A DNA stretch of 64,000 nt, taken from positions 20,152,001 through 20,216,000 of the forward strand of contig NC_086097.1 of the NCBI RefSeq assembly GCF_963921235.1, given 5' to 3'. The notes beneath the pieces are model-generated. The model saw only the letters and a list, made by a program, of their open reading frames with translations. It was not told the origin of the DNA and made no database searches. This DNA is from Mobula hypostoma (lineage: Eukaryota). Made by a program: the position numbers and the translations under genes. Below are positions 51,985-63,361 of the stretch, piece after piece. Numbering within the stretch: the stretch's first letter is position 1; every line of letters starts with the position of its first letter.

Positions 51985-52022
51985 TAGTCCTGACGAAGGG
52001 TCTCGGCCTGAAACGTCGACTG
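51985..52022 (+). ncRNA. Minimal type-I hammerhead ribozyme motif (Penelope-associated)
   Basis: Identical 38-mer to 29211-29248. Confidence 0.75.
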
Positions 52023-52489
52023 TACCTCTTCCTAGAGATGCTGCCTGGCCTGCTGCGTTCACCAGCAACTTTGATGTGTGCTGCTATTGTTTGTCAAGGA
52101 CTATCTTGTTATTTCATGTCCTTATTATTTATTGCCATTTATTTATACTTGCAGTTGCACAGTTTGTTGTCTTCTATGCTCTACTTAATCTTTCACTGAT
52201 TCTGCTATAGTTACTAATCAATAGATTTGCTGAGTATAGCCACAGGAAAAGGAAAGAATCTCAGGGTTGTACATGATGACATATGTACTCTGATCATAAA
52301 TTATACTTTGAAATTTCCACAGACCTTCCTTTCTGTTCTTGATGCCCCACCACTTCCTCAGCAGCCTAAAATGTGTTTCACCTCTAACTTCACCCAGTTC
52401 TGAGGAAGGACAATCAAGTCTGTATGAAACCTCTGTTTCTATTTCCACTCTGATGCTACAAGAACTTCTGAGTATTTCCACTGGTTTGC

Positions 52490-53770
52490 AAACATAAAAG
52501 ATCTGCAGATGCTGGAAATCCAGAGTTACATACTCAAAATGCTGGAGGAACTCAGCAAATCAGGTAGCTTCTATAGAGGAGAATAAAAAGTCAACGGTCT
52601 GGGCTGAGACTCTTCATCAAGACTAGAAAGGAAGGAGGAAGAAGCCAGAACCAGGTGGTGGGAGAGTAAAAGGAGTACAAACTAGGAAGCGAGGTAAAGC
52701 CAGGTAAGGGGGAAGGAAGGATGAAGTGAGAAGCTGGGTGTATTGGAGGGGTTGTGATTGTCATGTGACAGCACTGCCCACTACCTGGTCAGAAGGCACG
52801 CCACCTGCCAATCAAGATTTGACCCCTCCTCACCCATCAATGCACACCTAACCATTGGCCCCTTTAATTAGCCTTGTTCTTGGCCCCGGGCAATGGCCTT
52901 TGTAATCAGCTCAACTCTGCTGGCACTGAGCCATTGGCCCCCCCTGTGAATTACTTGGGCTGGACCGTCCAGCCCTCCTGCACTAAAAGGGTGCCACATG
53001 TGCTGGGCTCTCTCTTTTTTGCTACCTCCGAGGGACCACCCTGCTTCACTCTAGGCTGAGAACCGTGGAACAGTGCTGCAGAAACTATTGATGAGCTGCG
53101 CATTGAATAGGGTTGGGAGCGTTGATTATTGTCCCTAATAGCATAGAGCCGTGCTCGCACAGAGTCAAGAGGTGGCGGGTATTGTATTGACTTTTCCCTT
53201 GGTTGTACATGTGCGCACGCGCGTACTTTGTTCCCACACAATTTTATTAATTGTCCGCGTGTTTTATTGCGATCCAACTTTTCCCACGACTGCTGTAAAT
53301 TGTGCGCGTACGTGTTGCTTCTGTTGCCATTTTCTCACGTTCGCCTTCTGTAAATAAAATCCTTTACTACCAAGACCTCACCTTTGAGACCTACCGAATC
53401 TGTTTCCTCAATTACAACACTGGGAGATGGTAGCTAGAAAGGGGAAGGGCTGAAGAAGGAACCTGATAGGAGAAAAGAATGGACCACGGGAGAATGGGGA
53501 AGAAGAGCGGCAGTTGAGAAGAGAAGGGCGAAGAGGAGAGCCAGAGTGGGGAGTGGAAGAAGAGAGAAGGGGGAGGAGGAGGAAGAATTACTAGAAGTTA
53601 AAGAAATCAATGTTCATGCTGTCAGGGTGGAAGCTACCCAGATGGAATATGAGGTTTTGCTCCTTCAGCCTGAGAGTGGCCTCATCGTGGGAGAAGAGGC
53701 GGCCATGCACCAGCATGTCCAAATGGAAATGGGGATTGGAATTATATGCAGAACGAAGGCCTGTTTCTGT
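52490..53770 (-). mobile_element. Penelope-like element 3' remnant, interrupted by the solo LTR
   Basis: DEATLRLKEQNLIFHLGSFHPDSMNIDF resembles the GIY-YIG C-terminus. Pyrimidine-rich tract and the common GATGCTGCCTG...CCTCCAGCATTT end. Confidence 0.75.
52739..53419 (+). mobile_element. Solo LTR inserted in a Penelope-derived repeat
   Basis: TGTA...AACA termini, perfect 5-bp TSD CTGGG, AATAAA near 53353. Confidence 0.85.
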
Positions 53771-53905
53771 GTTGCAAATCCTACACAAAAATAATCCACT
53801 CCCAGTATGATTTTAATCAAATGTCCATAACTTAACGACAAACAATTCTGTGCAAAATCTGCATAGCCAGTTCAACAAAGAAAATCTCAAAATTTTAAAC
53901 TGTAC

Positions 53906-53968
53906 CGGGAGCATTGCAATTGGTCCGGTCACCAGGAATCGCTGCCAAGCCACATTGTTGTCCGTGGG
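53906..53968 (-). CDS. COQ6: COQ6 exon PTDNNVAWQRFLVTGPIAMLP
   Basis: NNVAWQRFL..GPIA.LP motif. TAG/GTACAG boundaries, 63 bp. Confidence 0.96.
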
Positions 53969-54703
53969 CTAGGATTTAAGAGAGATGAACTGTGAGAAGC
54001 AAAGGCATTTTGTCACAACACACGCTGATTTACCCTTCAATCATCATACTCCTAAACCAGTGTGGATAACCTTACTCACCTCACCGATTCCGCAATCTAT
54101 AGACTAACTTTCAAGGAGTCTACAACTCATGTTCTCAGTATTATTTGTATATCTACCTATCATCTATCCCTCTATTTATTCAGATGTGTGTTGCATTTAC
54201 GTAGTTTGTCTCCTTTCGCATACTGGTTGCTTGTCAGTCTTTGTGTAGATTTTCATTGATTCTGTGAATGCTGACAAGAAAATTAATCTCAGGATGGTGT
54301 ATGATGACATACACATACCTTAAAAATAAATTTACTTTGAATTTACTTCTGTAGCTCTTGTTCCTGCATTCACAATGAGCAGCAACGCCATTTACAACGA
54401 CGCCATAAACCACATGGAGAAAACAAGTTACCCCAGCCACCTAGAACTTCTCTGCCCTGAAATCATGGAGTATATTTACAAGGAGTGCTGCCACAAGAAA
54501 GCAGACTCCAGCAAGACCCTGCCCTCCCCACCATCCAGGCCAACCCTTTCCTCGCTAATATTAGAAAGGAGGTACAGGAGCCTTTGGTCGCACACATGAC
54601 CAAGTCAAGGAACGGTTATTATCCTACAACTATCAGACCCTTGAACCAGTGTGGATAACTTCACTCACCTTAACGCAAATACAACTCCGCAATCTATAGA
54701 CTC

Positions 54704-56118
54704 CATAAGACAATAAGACACAAAGGCAGAATTAGGCCATGTGGCCCTTCAAGTCTGCTCCATCATTCAATCATGGTTGATCCTTTTCTTTTCCCCCTCC
54801 TCAGCCCCACTCCCCAGCCTTCTCCCCATAACCTTTGATGCTGTGTCCAATCAAGAACCTATCAAGCTCTGCCTTAAATACACCCAATGACCTGGCCTCC
54901 ACAGCTGCCTGTGGTAATAAATTCCACAAGTTCACCACCCTATGGCAATAAAAATTTCTCCACATCTGTTTTAAATGGACGCCCCTCTATCCTGAGGCTG
55001 TGCCCTCTTGTCGTAGACTCCTCCCACCATGGCTAACATCCTTTCCACATCTATTCCTGTCAAGGCCTTTCAACATTCGAAAGGTTTCAATGAGATCCCC
55101 TTCATCTTTCTAAATTCCAGCACAAGCACAGACCCAAAGCCGTATCATTCCTCATATCATAGCCCTTTCATTCCCAGAATCATCCTTGTGAACCACCTCT
55201 GAACCCTCCCCAATGCCAGCACATCTTTTAAGTGAGGAGCCCCAAACTGTTCAAATACTCAAGATAAGGCCTTACCAGTACCTTATAAAGCCTTAGCAAC
55301 ACATCCCTGCTCTTGTATTCTAGACCTCTTGAAATGAATGCTAACATCGCATTTGACTTCCTCAACACCAACTCTACCTGCAAATTAACCTTTAGGTTGT
55401 TTTGCAAAAGGACTCCCAACTCCTTCTGCAGCTCAGATTTTTGGATTTTCTTCCCATTCAGAAAACAATCTGCACATTTATTTCATTTACCAAAGTGCAT
55501 GACCATGCATTTTCCAGCATTGTATTTCATTTGCCAATTTCTTGCTCATTCTCTTAATCTGTCTGTCCTTCTGCAGCCTGTTTCTTCAACACTACCTGCC
55601 CCTCCACCAATCTTCGTATCATCTGCAAACTTGGCAACAAAGCCATCTATTCCATCATCTAAATCACTGATAAACACCATAAAAAGAATTGGTCCCAACA
55701 CCAACCCCTGTAGATCACCACTGGTCACTGGCAGACAACCAGAAAAGGATCCTTTTATTCCCACTCGCTGCCTTCTACCAATCAGCCAATGCTCTAACCA
55801 TGCCAGTAACTTTCCTGTAATACCATGGGCTGTTAACTTGGTAAGCAGCCTCATATGGCACCTTGTTAAAAGGCCTTCTGAAAGTCTAAATATATAACAT
55901 CCACTCCATCACCTTCATCTATCCTAATTGTAATCTCAAAGAATTCTAACAGGTTCATCAGGCAAGATTTTCCCTTAAAGAAACCATGCTGACTTTGTCC
56001 TATCTTGTCCTGTGTCACCAAGTAGTCCACAACCTGATCTTTAACAATTGACTCCAACATTTTCCCAACCACTGAAGTCAGGCTATCTGGTCTATAATTT
56101 CCCTCCTGCTGCCTTCTT
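54704..56118 (-). mobile_element. 5'-truncated degenerate CR1 in a COQ6 intron
   Basis: RT fragments (QSQHGF, FADD) and tail. Splits an older repeat at ...TATAGACTC|ACTTTCAAGG. Confidence 0.9.
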
Positions 56119-56265
56119 CACTTTCAAGGACTCTACAACTCATGTTCTCTGTATTATTTATATTTTTATTATTTGTATGATTTCTCTTCTTTTTCACATT
56201 GGTCATGTCAGTCTTTGATTATGTGGAGTTATTTCATAAATTCTATCATATTTCTTTATTGTGTA

Positions 56266-56463
56266 TGTTGTGTATGTGGCCTGATTACACAACAATGCTA
56301 TTAATAAAAACGCTGGAGACGGGAGCTAAGTTTCATGTTTCTTTACTGGCATAATCAGAACTCAGCACACACATACAGATCAATATGCACCTAATAGCGC
56401 ATTCAACGACATGTTACTAAAACATAAAGTAGTCCCTTATTATACTGTAGGCTATACGGTACA
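56266..56463 (-). repeat. 3' LTR (198 bp)
   Basis: Direct repeat of 59939-60136. Preceded on the minus strand by the polypurine tract. Confidence 0.95.
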
Positions 56464-56476
56464 CTCCTCCCCTTTT
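56464..56476 (-). promoter_or_regulatory. Polypurine tract AAAAGGGGAGGAG
   Basis: All-purine run abutting the 3' LTR on the minus strand. Confidence 0.9.
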
Positions 56477-56786
56477 ATTTTAATAATGTATCAACTGTTT
56501 TTTTACTGGGGCACAATGCTAAGTATGTTTACCCTTAACATACAAACACCTACCATTTGTTTACTTAGTAACTTAATAATATCAAATTATAACAAGCCTT
56601 TTTCTTTTACTTTTGGTCTAAGACCCATTTATAACTCAAGTCTCTGGGGAGATCTTCTCTGCCTCTCCGGGTAATGTCTGTCAATAAACCTGTTTGTTTT
56701 AATAAGATTTCCATATAAAGCCACGAAAAGCTGACCTCTGAGCATAGAGAGTTAAGAAGATGTGCGCCTCCAACTTGCTAAGAGTT

Positions 56787-57713
56787 CTAGGGAGCAGATC
56801 ACCTCTGTATAATGAAGTCTCCTCTGTGCAGATGTCCTAGATATATGCATCCTTGTGCTATCACTTGTCTTCCTTACCCATATCTCATTTGTTCCAACTG
56901 AGCTAATTACACAATCTTCGTATTCTCCTTAGATTCCAAATAGATAGCCTGACCTTTATGATACCATCTCTTATCGTAATATAACTTTCCATCTCCTATT
57001 TGTGTTTCATATCTTTGTGCTGGTGATTCAGCAGGAGTGCTGGGAAGATGCTCAGGAGAGGACGGAGATGCTGGTCTTTTCAGAGGTTTAAGCTTATTGA
57101 GAGTTCGCAAATCTTCCATTATCTGTTCATCTGTTAACAAGAAATTTAACTGCGCAGATACAGGTTTTCGTCTTTTGTCTGTAATTGGAACAGGGTTATT
57201 AGGTCTCCTCCTTAGTTTCCTAGTCATTATTGGCTATACCTCCATAGAATCTCCAGTGAGTTCCATTGTTAGCCTCTCATTCTCAATCATCTTTTTCTTT
57301 TCTTCTAACTCAATCTTTTTATCTTCAAATTCCTTCACTGCTGCTTTCTTCTCTTTAATATAATTCCTTTCCACTTGATCTGTCTCCAGTTGCAGAAAAA
57401 GCTCTGCATTTCGTATTCTTTCCTTGTATTGTTGATCTAGTTTCTTCATCCTTTTCTGATACTCCTGCAAAGTGCCTTCCTGTAGCTGCTGTAGCTGTCT
57501 TTTGAGAGATGTCAATTTCTCCTGGTACATCTGCTCTTTTACTTCCAGGTAGTCTTCATCATCCTGCTTATTGGCAATATCAGTCTCCCTTGCATCCTCT
57601 GTATCTTCATCTGAGTCGCGGCCACGGATACTGCGTTCGTCCTCATCAATGCTGTCAAGGTCCTCCTCGTCATTGTAATAGTCAACAATGGGTGAGAGGA
57701 GAGCTGCAGACAT
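56787..57713 (-). pseudogene. SUDS3: Processed (intronless) SUDS3 retrocopy, full CDS span
   Basis: MSAALLSP...[52 protein letters not shown]...[11 protein letters not shown]...[13 protein letters not shown]...[13 protein letters not shown]...[20 protein letters not shown] matches SUDS3. Lesions: TAG at 57236-34, frameshift near 56912, TGA at 56801-799, and an 8-codon deletion relative to human SUDS3 as recalled. Confidence 0.95.
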
Positions 57714-59556
57714 CTTCCCTGCCGAGCTGCCCTCCTTTGTTGACACATCTAGTGCCTTGACGGTATGCCAATCCAACTGGATTTTTCTGAGCCATTCACA
57801 TCCCAGCAACTGTGGTCCTCCATTTTTCAGTACATAGAGGTCCAGCTGCTGTGCTTCGTCTCTGTAGGTCACTGTCCCTTTAATTTTACCTTTGGGACGC
57901 ACTTTCTGTCCTGTAAGTCTTTAGCAGTAGCTTAGTTCGTTTCAGAGGTATGTGAGAAAACAGTCATTTGTAGTCGTGTACAGAGATCACTGTTGAAGCT
58001 GACCCTGTGTCCAACTCCATTTTCAGTCTCACACCTGCCACTTGTGGAGTGATCCTTATTACTCTTCAATCATCTGTCTCTTTCACGCTGTGAAGTCGTA
58101 GACAAGACAATTCACTTTCGTCTGAGTCGTTTTCATCAGAACTGCTTTTTTCCATTTTGTGTACATTGTTGTATTTTCCTTCTGGGGTTTCTTGTTTCTC
58201 TGCATTTTGTCCTTTTTCTGCTGTTTACTAGCTTTGTATACTCTGGCAATGTGGCCCTGTTTGCTACAGTTTCTGCATTCTTGGTCTTTAAACCAACAGT
58301 CATCCAGGTCATGTGACCTGTCCCCACAACGGTAACATTTCTTTCCTTCATATCTGTTCAGTGACATTTTATTCGTGGCATATTCCAGAGATTTTTGTTG
58401 CATCTCGGGAGCACCCCGTGCCGCTGTTTCCATTGATATTGCAATGTTTAGCGCTTTCTCGAATGAAAGGTCTCCTTCACACAGAAGGTTTCACAGTGCA
58501 TGCCACACACTAACCTGTCCCTCAATGCGTCCAATAGACTAGCTCCAAATTGACAATGTTCTGATAATTGCGCAATTCAGCACAATATTCAGAAATGCTT
58601 TCATTTTTGCTCTGATTCCGATTGTGAAATTTAAATCTTTCAGCAATAACCAGTAGTTTAGGGTTTAAATGCTGTTGGAGAGGGTCTACTATTTGTTTGA
58701 ACGTTTTGTCAGCTGGCTTTTCGGGGGTTAACAAGTTCCGTAGCAGGCGGTATGTTTTTGTTCCCATAATGAGTAAGACACTGGCTTTCTTTTAATCCTT
58801 AACACTGTTAGGCTCACAATATAACTCCACTCTTTCAATGTCAGGCTACGTCCACAGTAGACAGGATAATTTTGAAAACGCCGGTTTCCCATAAAAATGA
58901 TAGGTGTCCACACCAGGTGTTTTTAAAAATACCTCCGTCCACATTAAAGCAGGTATTTGGGCGAATCTCCTCCTACTGGGCATGCACAGGACACATCTAC
59001 AGAAAACAAGCGAAGAGGAAACAGTATACTATTTCCGTTTCCGCGGCCGGCGTTGTGCTATTTCCATTGGTCAAAAATTAAGAGTACCTACAACAACAGC
59101 AAAAGAAAGTTTTCAACCATGTCTTTGAGGAATACAAAGAAAACCTCCGCTGGAAAAAGCAGCTATGAACACAGACAATAAAGTAAACAACACACACGAA
59201 GCCGTCCACCATTGTTGTTGTGGTGGTGTTGGAAGTTGCGTTCAAGAAAACAATGAAATGCTGCACTGCCACCACCATCTGTTCCGGTACGTCATAACAG
59301 CGTTTTTAAAAAAGCTCTGATTACCCCGTACACACTACACCTCCCAACCAGCATTTTTAGATTTACACACTCTGAAGAGCGTTTTAGAAAAGTTCCGTTT
59401 TCGGGGGAGGAAAACGCCGTTTCAGTGTGGACGGAGGGTCAAAACAAAGAGAAAAGGCTTCGGTTGCGGATTTATCCGGTCTACTGTGGACATAGCCTAA
59501 GTTGCCCAGTCTTCAATGCCACTATCAAATGCTATAATGGTTCCAATCACTGCCAT
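57714..59556 (-). pseudogene. Gypsy gag-protease, disrupted
   Basis: ATG at 59556 gives MAVIGTIIAFDSGIEDWAT|YIERVELYC across the MITE. Also seen: TYRLLRNLLTPEKP...IAERFKFH, zinc knuckles CYRCGDRSHDLDDC and CRNCSKQGH, protease MELDTGSA (58020) and LLGCEWL. Frameshifts and stops present. Confidence 0.92.
58844..59497. mobile_element. PIF/Harbinger-like MITE inserted in gag
   Basis: TIRs GGCTACGTCCACAGTAGACAGGATAA / GGCTATGTCCACAGTAGACCGGATAA. 3-bp TSD TAA (one copy mutated to TCA). Removing it restores the gag frame. Confidence 0.9.
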
Positions 59557-59924
59557 CTTTGTTACGTTAATTAAGCCCTGTTCTCCCCTTATTTTCCTCT
59601 TTTGACTCACACATCCTTTTTGCTAGCGCCACGAGCACACTCCGTCTAGATCTGTGTTGCCACTTTTCATCTCCCTTCTGGGGCAGGCAGACCCTCAGCC
59701 CCTGGGTGTCAGCGTTGGCTGTGGTCTCAGCTGGACGTGCTGCGGCTCCGACTGTGTCTCTTGGTTTCCTGACGTTCCCGACTCCAGCTGTGCTCATGCT
59801 TCCTTTCAGACTCGCAGCCTCGCTCTGCCTCCTTCTCCCACTCCTTGGCTCATTCCTTGCGCTCTTCTTCCGAGTGTCGTTATCAATTAAAACACGGCGT
59901 TCTGATACAATGTAGGCTCATTAA

Positions 59925-59935
59925 CCCTGTCGCCA
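59925..59935 (-). promoter_or_regulatory. Primer binding site TGGCGACAGGG
   Basis: Starts 3 nt inside the 5' LTR boundary with TGG (complement of tRNA CCA). Resembles the tRNA-Ser(GCT) 3'-end complement TGGCGACGAGG; tRNA identity uncertain. Confidence 0.8.
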
Positions 59936-59938
59936 ATT

Positions 59939-60136
59939 TGTTGTGTACGTGGCCTGGTTACACAACAATGCTATTAGTGAAAACGCTGGAGACGGGAGCT
60001 AAGTTTCATGGTTCTTTACTGGCATAATCCGAACTCGGCACACACGTACAGATCAATATGCTTCTAATAGCGCATTCAACGACATGTTACTAAAACATAA
60101 AGTAGTCCCTTATTATACGGTAGGCTATATGGTACA
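59939..60136 (-). repeat. 5' LTR (198 bp)
   Basis: Direct repeat of 56266-56463 with 12 substitutions by manual count. Followed on the minus strand by the PBS. Confidence 0.95.
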
Positions 60137-60317
60137 GTGCATTTTGTAAATGGCTGCAAGAAAATGAATCTCAAGATTGTATATGGCAACATATAAATAC
60201 TTAAGATAATAATTTACTTTGACTTTGAAATGACTGGCCCCAGGTATCCACTGTCCAACTTTTTAAAAAAAATTTTTTAAAAACAGCACTATGCAAGGAC
60301 AGAAGACGTCTACTTAC

Positions 60318-60425
60318 CTCAGCGAGGTGGAGGGTTGCAACCACAGCAGACTGATCGTACTTCCACTGTACAGTTTGAATGTTGGCAGACTGCCGTACCA
60401 TTGAGTTTGGGCCGTCTGCCCCAAT
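60318..60425 (-). CDS. COQ6: COQ6 exon [36 protein letters not shown]
   Basis: Flavin monooxygenase DG motif (IGADG.NS). TAG/GTAAGT boundaries, 108 bp. Confidence 0.96.
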
Positions 60426-62044
60426 CTACTTGGAGGAGAGATGCAACCTGTTTAATGTGAAGCTAAATTGAATAGAGAAAAATCACTCAATCAACACCAT
60501 GCAGTGATCAGTAACACATTCTAAAACATCGTATTAGTAAGATGGAGTCAGCTAGGTATTCCCTCACCTTTAGAATTCTGGAATGGACAAGTGTGAAACC
60601 ACCTTAGTAGCAAAAATAAAGCTCTATGGATTAACACAAGAAGAACACATACAAAATCTGAAGGAACTTAGCAGGTCAGGCAGCATCTATGGAAAGGAAG
60701 GGAGGCAGATCATACCTCCTCCCACACACACACATCTTCTCCCTCATCTGGCCTCACATATCACCTGCCTTGTGCTCTCACCTTCTTATTCTGGCTTCTG
60801 ATGAAGGGTCTCGGTCCGAAACGTCAACTGTTTAACCCCCTCCATAGATGCAGCCTGACTTCCTGAATTCCTCCAACACTTTTTGTGTGCTTCTCAATTA
60901 ATGTACTGTTCTACATTTAATAAACATCAGCCAGAGGACGGCTTCGGACCACCAGTGCTGGAGTGCAGACCATCTGCCACTTTCCCACTTCTCAGTCAGG
61001 TGGATTCGCAGAGAGAAGGGTGGGAAATGAGCCTCTATGAAATGGAAAGAACAGTGTCCACTCAGGGATACGTAAACCATGCAGTGTGGGACTCAGCGAT
61101 ACGGAGCACAGGGCACAATCTCTCCAAGTGCTGGGACACTATACCCTCCATATTCTCCTCCCACTTTAAAGCCAAAGAGGTGAACTAACTGCAGAGCAAG
61201 ACACAGAAAGTTGGAGGGCTCAGTGAGTCAGCCAACATCTATGGAGGCAAATGAAAGTTGATGTCTGGGGTCAAGACCCTTCGTTAGGAAGTCAATTTTC
61301 CATTCACAAAGAATGTGTAAATGAACCCTAGCTGAAGCAGAATCTATGACAAAATCCCAGAGCTACCAATACCGCTGCAAATGGTAGGACCTCCGTGGCT
61401 ACCCATTTGAATTCGACATCCTATTCTGACATGGGTGACCACAGCTCCTCCACTCCCACGATGAAGCAGGTTGTAAGAGCAACACCTTCTGTTCTGTCTT
61501 GGTAGCCCAACCTGATGGCATGAACATAGATCTGTCTAACTTTCAGTAATTATTTCCCCCTTCTTTTTTCAAATCCCCATTCTGGTTGCCCTCTCACTCC
61601 TCCTCTTCTCCTCACCTGCCCATCACATCCCTCTTGCTCCCCTCGGTGTTCCCTTTCTCCCATGGTCCACTGTTCTTTCCAATCAGCCTCCTTCTTCAGC
61701 CCTTAACCTCTTCCATTTATGACCTCCCAGCTCCTTACTTTACCCCCCCACCAATCTAGTCTCACCTATCACCTGGCCAGCTTGTACTCCTACCCGTCTC
61801 CCCACCTTCTCATTCTGGCTTCCTTTCCAGACATGAAGAGTTTTATCCTGAAATGCCAACTGTTTATTCACTTCCTTAGATGCTGCCTGACCTGCTATGT
61901 TCCTCCAGCATTTTGAGTGTGTTTCAAAGGGTAACAACAATGCCAAGGACAGGTATGCCTATTGAAATACTCAGCATGATGGTTCAACAGGCAAAGAACC
62001 CTGTCCCTTATAGCAGACAGTTTCATGGTTTGATTGTTGCTCAC

Positions 62045-62175
62045 CAGTAACTTGGTCTCCACTTTACTCCCATCAGCCAACTCAATCTGCACCCATGGTT
62101 TGCTGCCGGGCAACTGGTGGGGTTCAGGCCAGGTATACTTCACTGCTCTGCTCCTGTACAGCACGTGCACTCTGT
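62045..62175 (-). CDS. COQ6: COQ6 exon [44 protein letters not shown]
   Basis: TAG acceptor, GTGAGC donor, 131 bp, phase-compatible. Confidence 0.96.
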
Positions 62176-63125
62176 CTAAGGAAAACAACACCCAGCTAAG
62201 CAACGATCACTTCATCAGCCTTTCACTAGAACTTCACTGGCTGAATTGTAAAGAGTTCATCTTTGTGCTTGTTCAATGTCTCACCATCACAGTGGCCTTG
62301 AACATAGCAGAACTTTGGGAATTCCATCCTACTAAGGGAACAGGCATGGGAACATGAAAGTTAAGTGAACACAGGGGTGGAACTTGTGAAGAGTGGTGAC
62401 ATGATGATTGGCTCTGGTTCAGTGGCTTGAGATGATGCTATGTATTGGTCCACTTACTGCAGCACTTCATGTCAGGGGAGATGGCATAAAAATTGAGCAT
62501 TGGGGGGCCATGGGGGTAGGTTTTTAGGGGGGCCTCACTGATGAGCTGGTTGTCAACAGCACCTAACAGATCAACAGAATGGAAGGTGTGTTGCAGTGAA
62601 AGGGGCCCACACATACCTAGATAGGTATTTTAATGCTTGCTCTGTACTAACCTAATTGGAGTCTGTAGATAATTGGAGTTTGTGTCTTTCTGCTTATCAA
62701 AGCCACATTCGACAGCCCCGTAATGGAACAAAACACTAGCTGCCCTGGACACCTACAGTTTGCCCTTTACAAGGGGTGGCTCTGTGACATTCAACCCAGC
62801 CCCTCCCTGACTTCAAACCCCAATGTTCTGTGATGAACACCCCAAGGGAAGTAACACTTATTCTCATCAGAAACACATCAAGGCTCTGAGATCGAGTTTC
62901 CAAACTCATGTCCCCTTGCACAAACAAGACCTGCCATTTGAAGATAGGCCTCAGTTTAATGTCTCACCCCAAAGATGAGGAGCAGGATGGTAAATGTAAC
63001 ACAAGGATTGCCTTATCAGGATCTTGGGAAACTAAGTGGTGAGTTCTAAGCTTATGAACACGTTAAGTCACTGAAACCTTCCCAACCCCTCACGTGAATG
63101 TCCTGAGTTCAAGCTTCACACCTAC

Positions 63126-63252
63126 CTGCAGTGGCTGCCAGCTGTTTTGACAAAGCCATTAATATCACATCGTTCTCAACAATGAAGCCCATGTCCTCTG
63201 ACAGGTCAACTTTATCGAAAGTGATCATTGCATCAGAGCACTCGTCCCAAAC
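63126..63252 (-). CDS. COQ6: COQ6 exon [42 protein letters not shown]
   Basis: Matches COQ6 [32 protein letters not shown]/GTAGG boundaries on the minus strand. Upstream exons lie beyond the window. Confidence 0.96.
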
Positions 63253-63361
63253 CTGAAGGAAGAACGTCAGAATTTCAAACTCACCACAGCTAACAATCAA
63301 GCAAGAGGCGCAGCACAAACTGAACATCTGAGAAAGGTACAAGGAACCTATACAAACCTTA

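Larger units (their letters stand above)
56266..60136 (-). mobile_element. Gypsy-type LTR retrotransposon, internally replaced by a SUDS3 retrocopy
   Basis: Two 198-bp TG...CA LTRs, 5-bp TSD GTGTA/GTGCA, PBS, PPT, gag with zinc knuckles, DTG protease, integrase C-terminal remnant. Confidence 0.95.

Noticed and set aside
56787..57713. SUDS3 as a functional nested host gene
   Set aside because: Intronless, two premature stops, a frameshift, and enclosed by LTRs. It is a retrocopy pseudogene in this copy.
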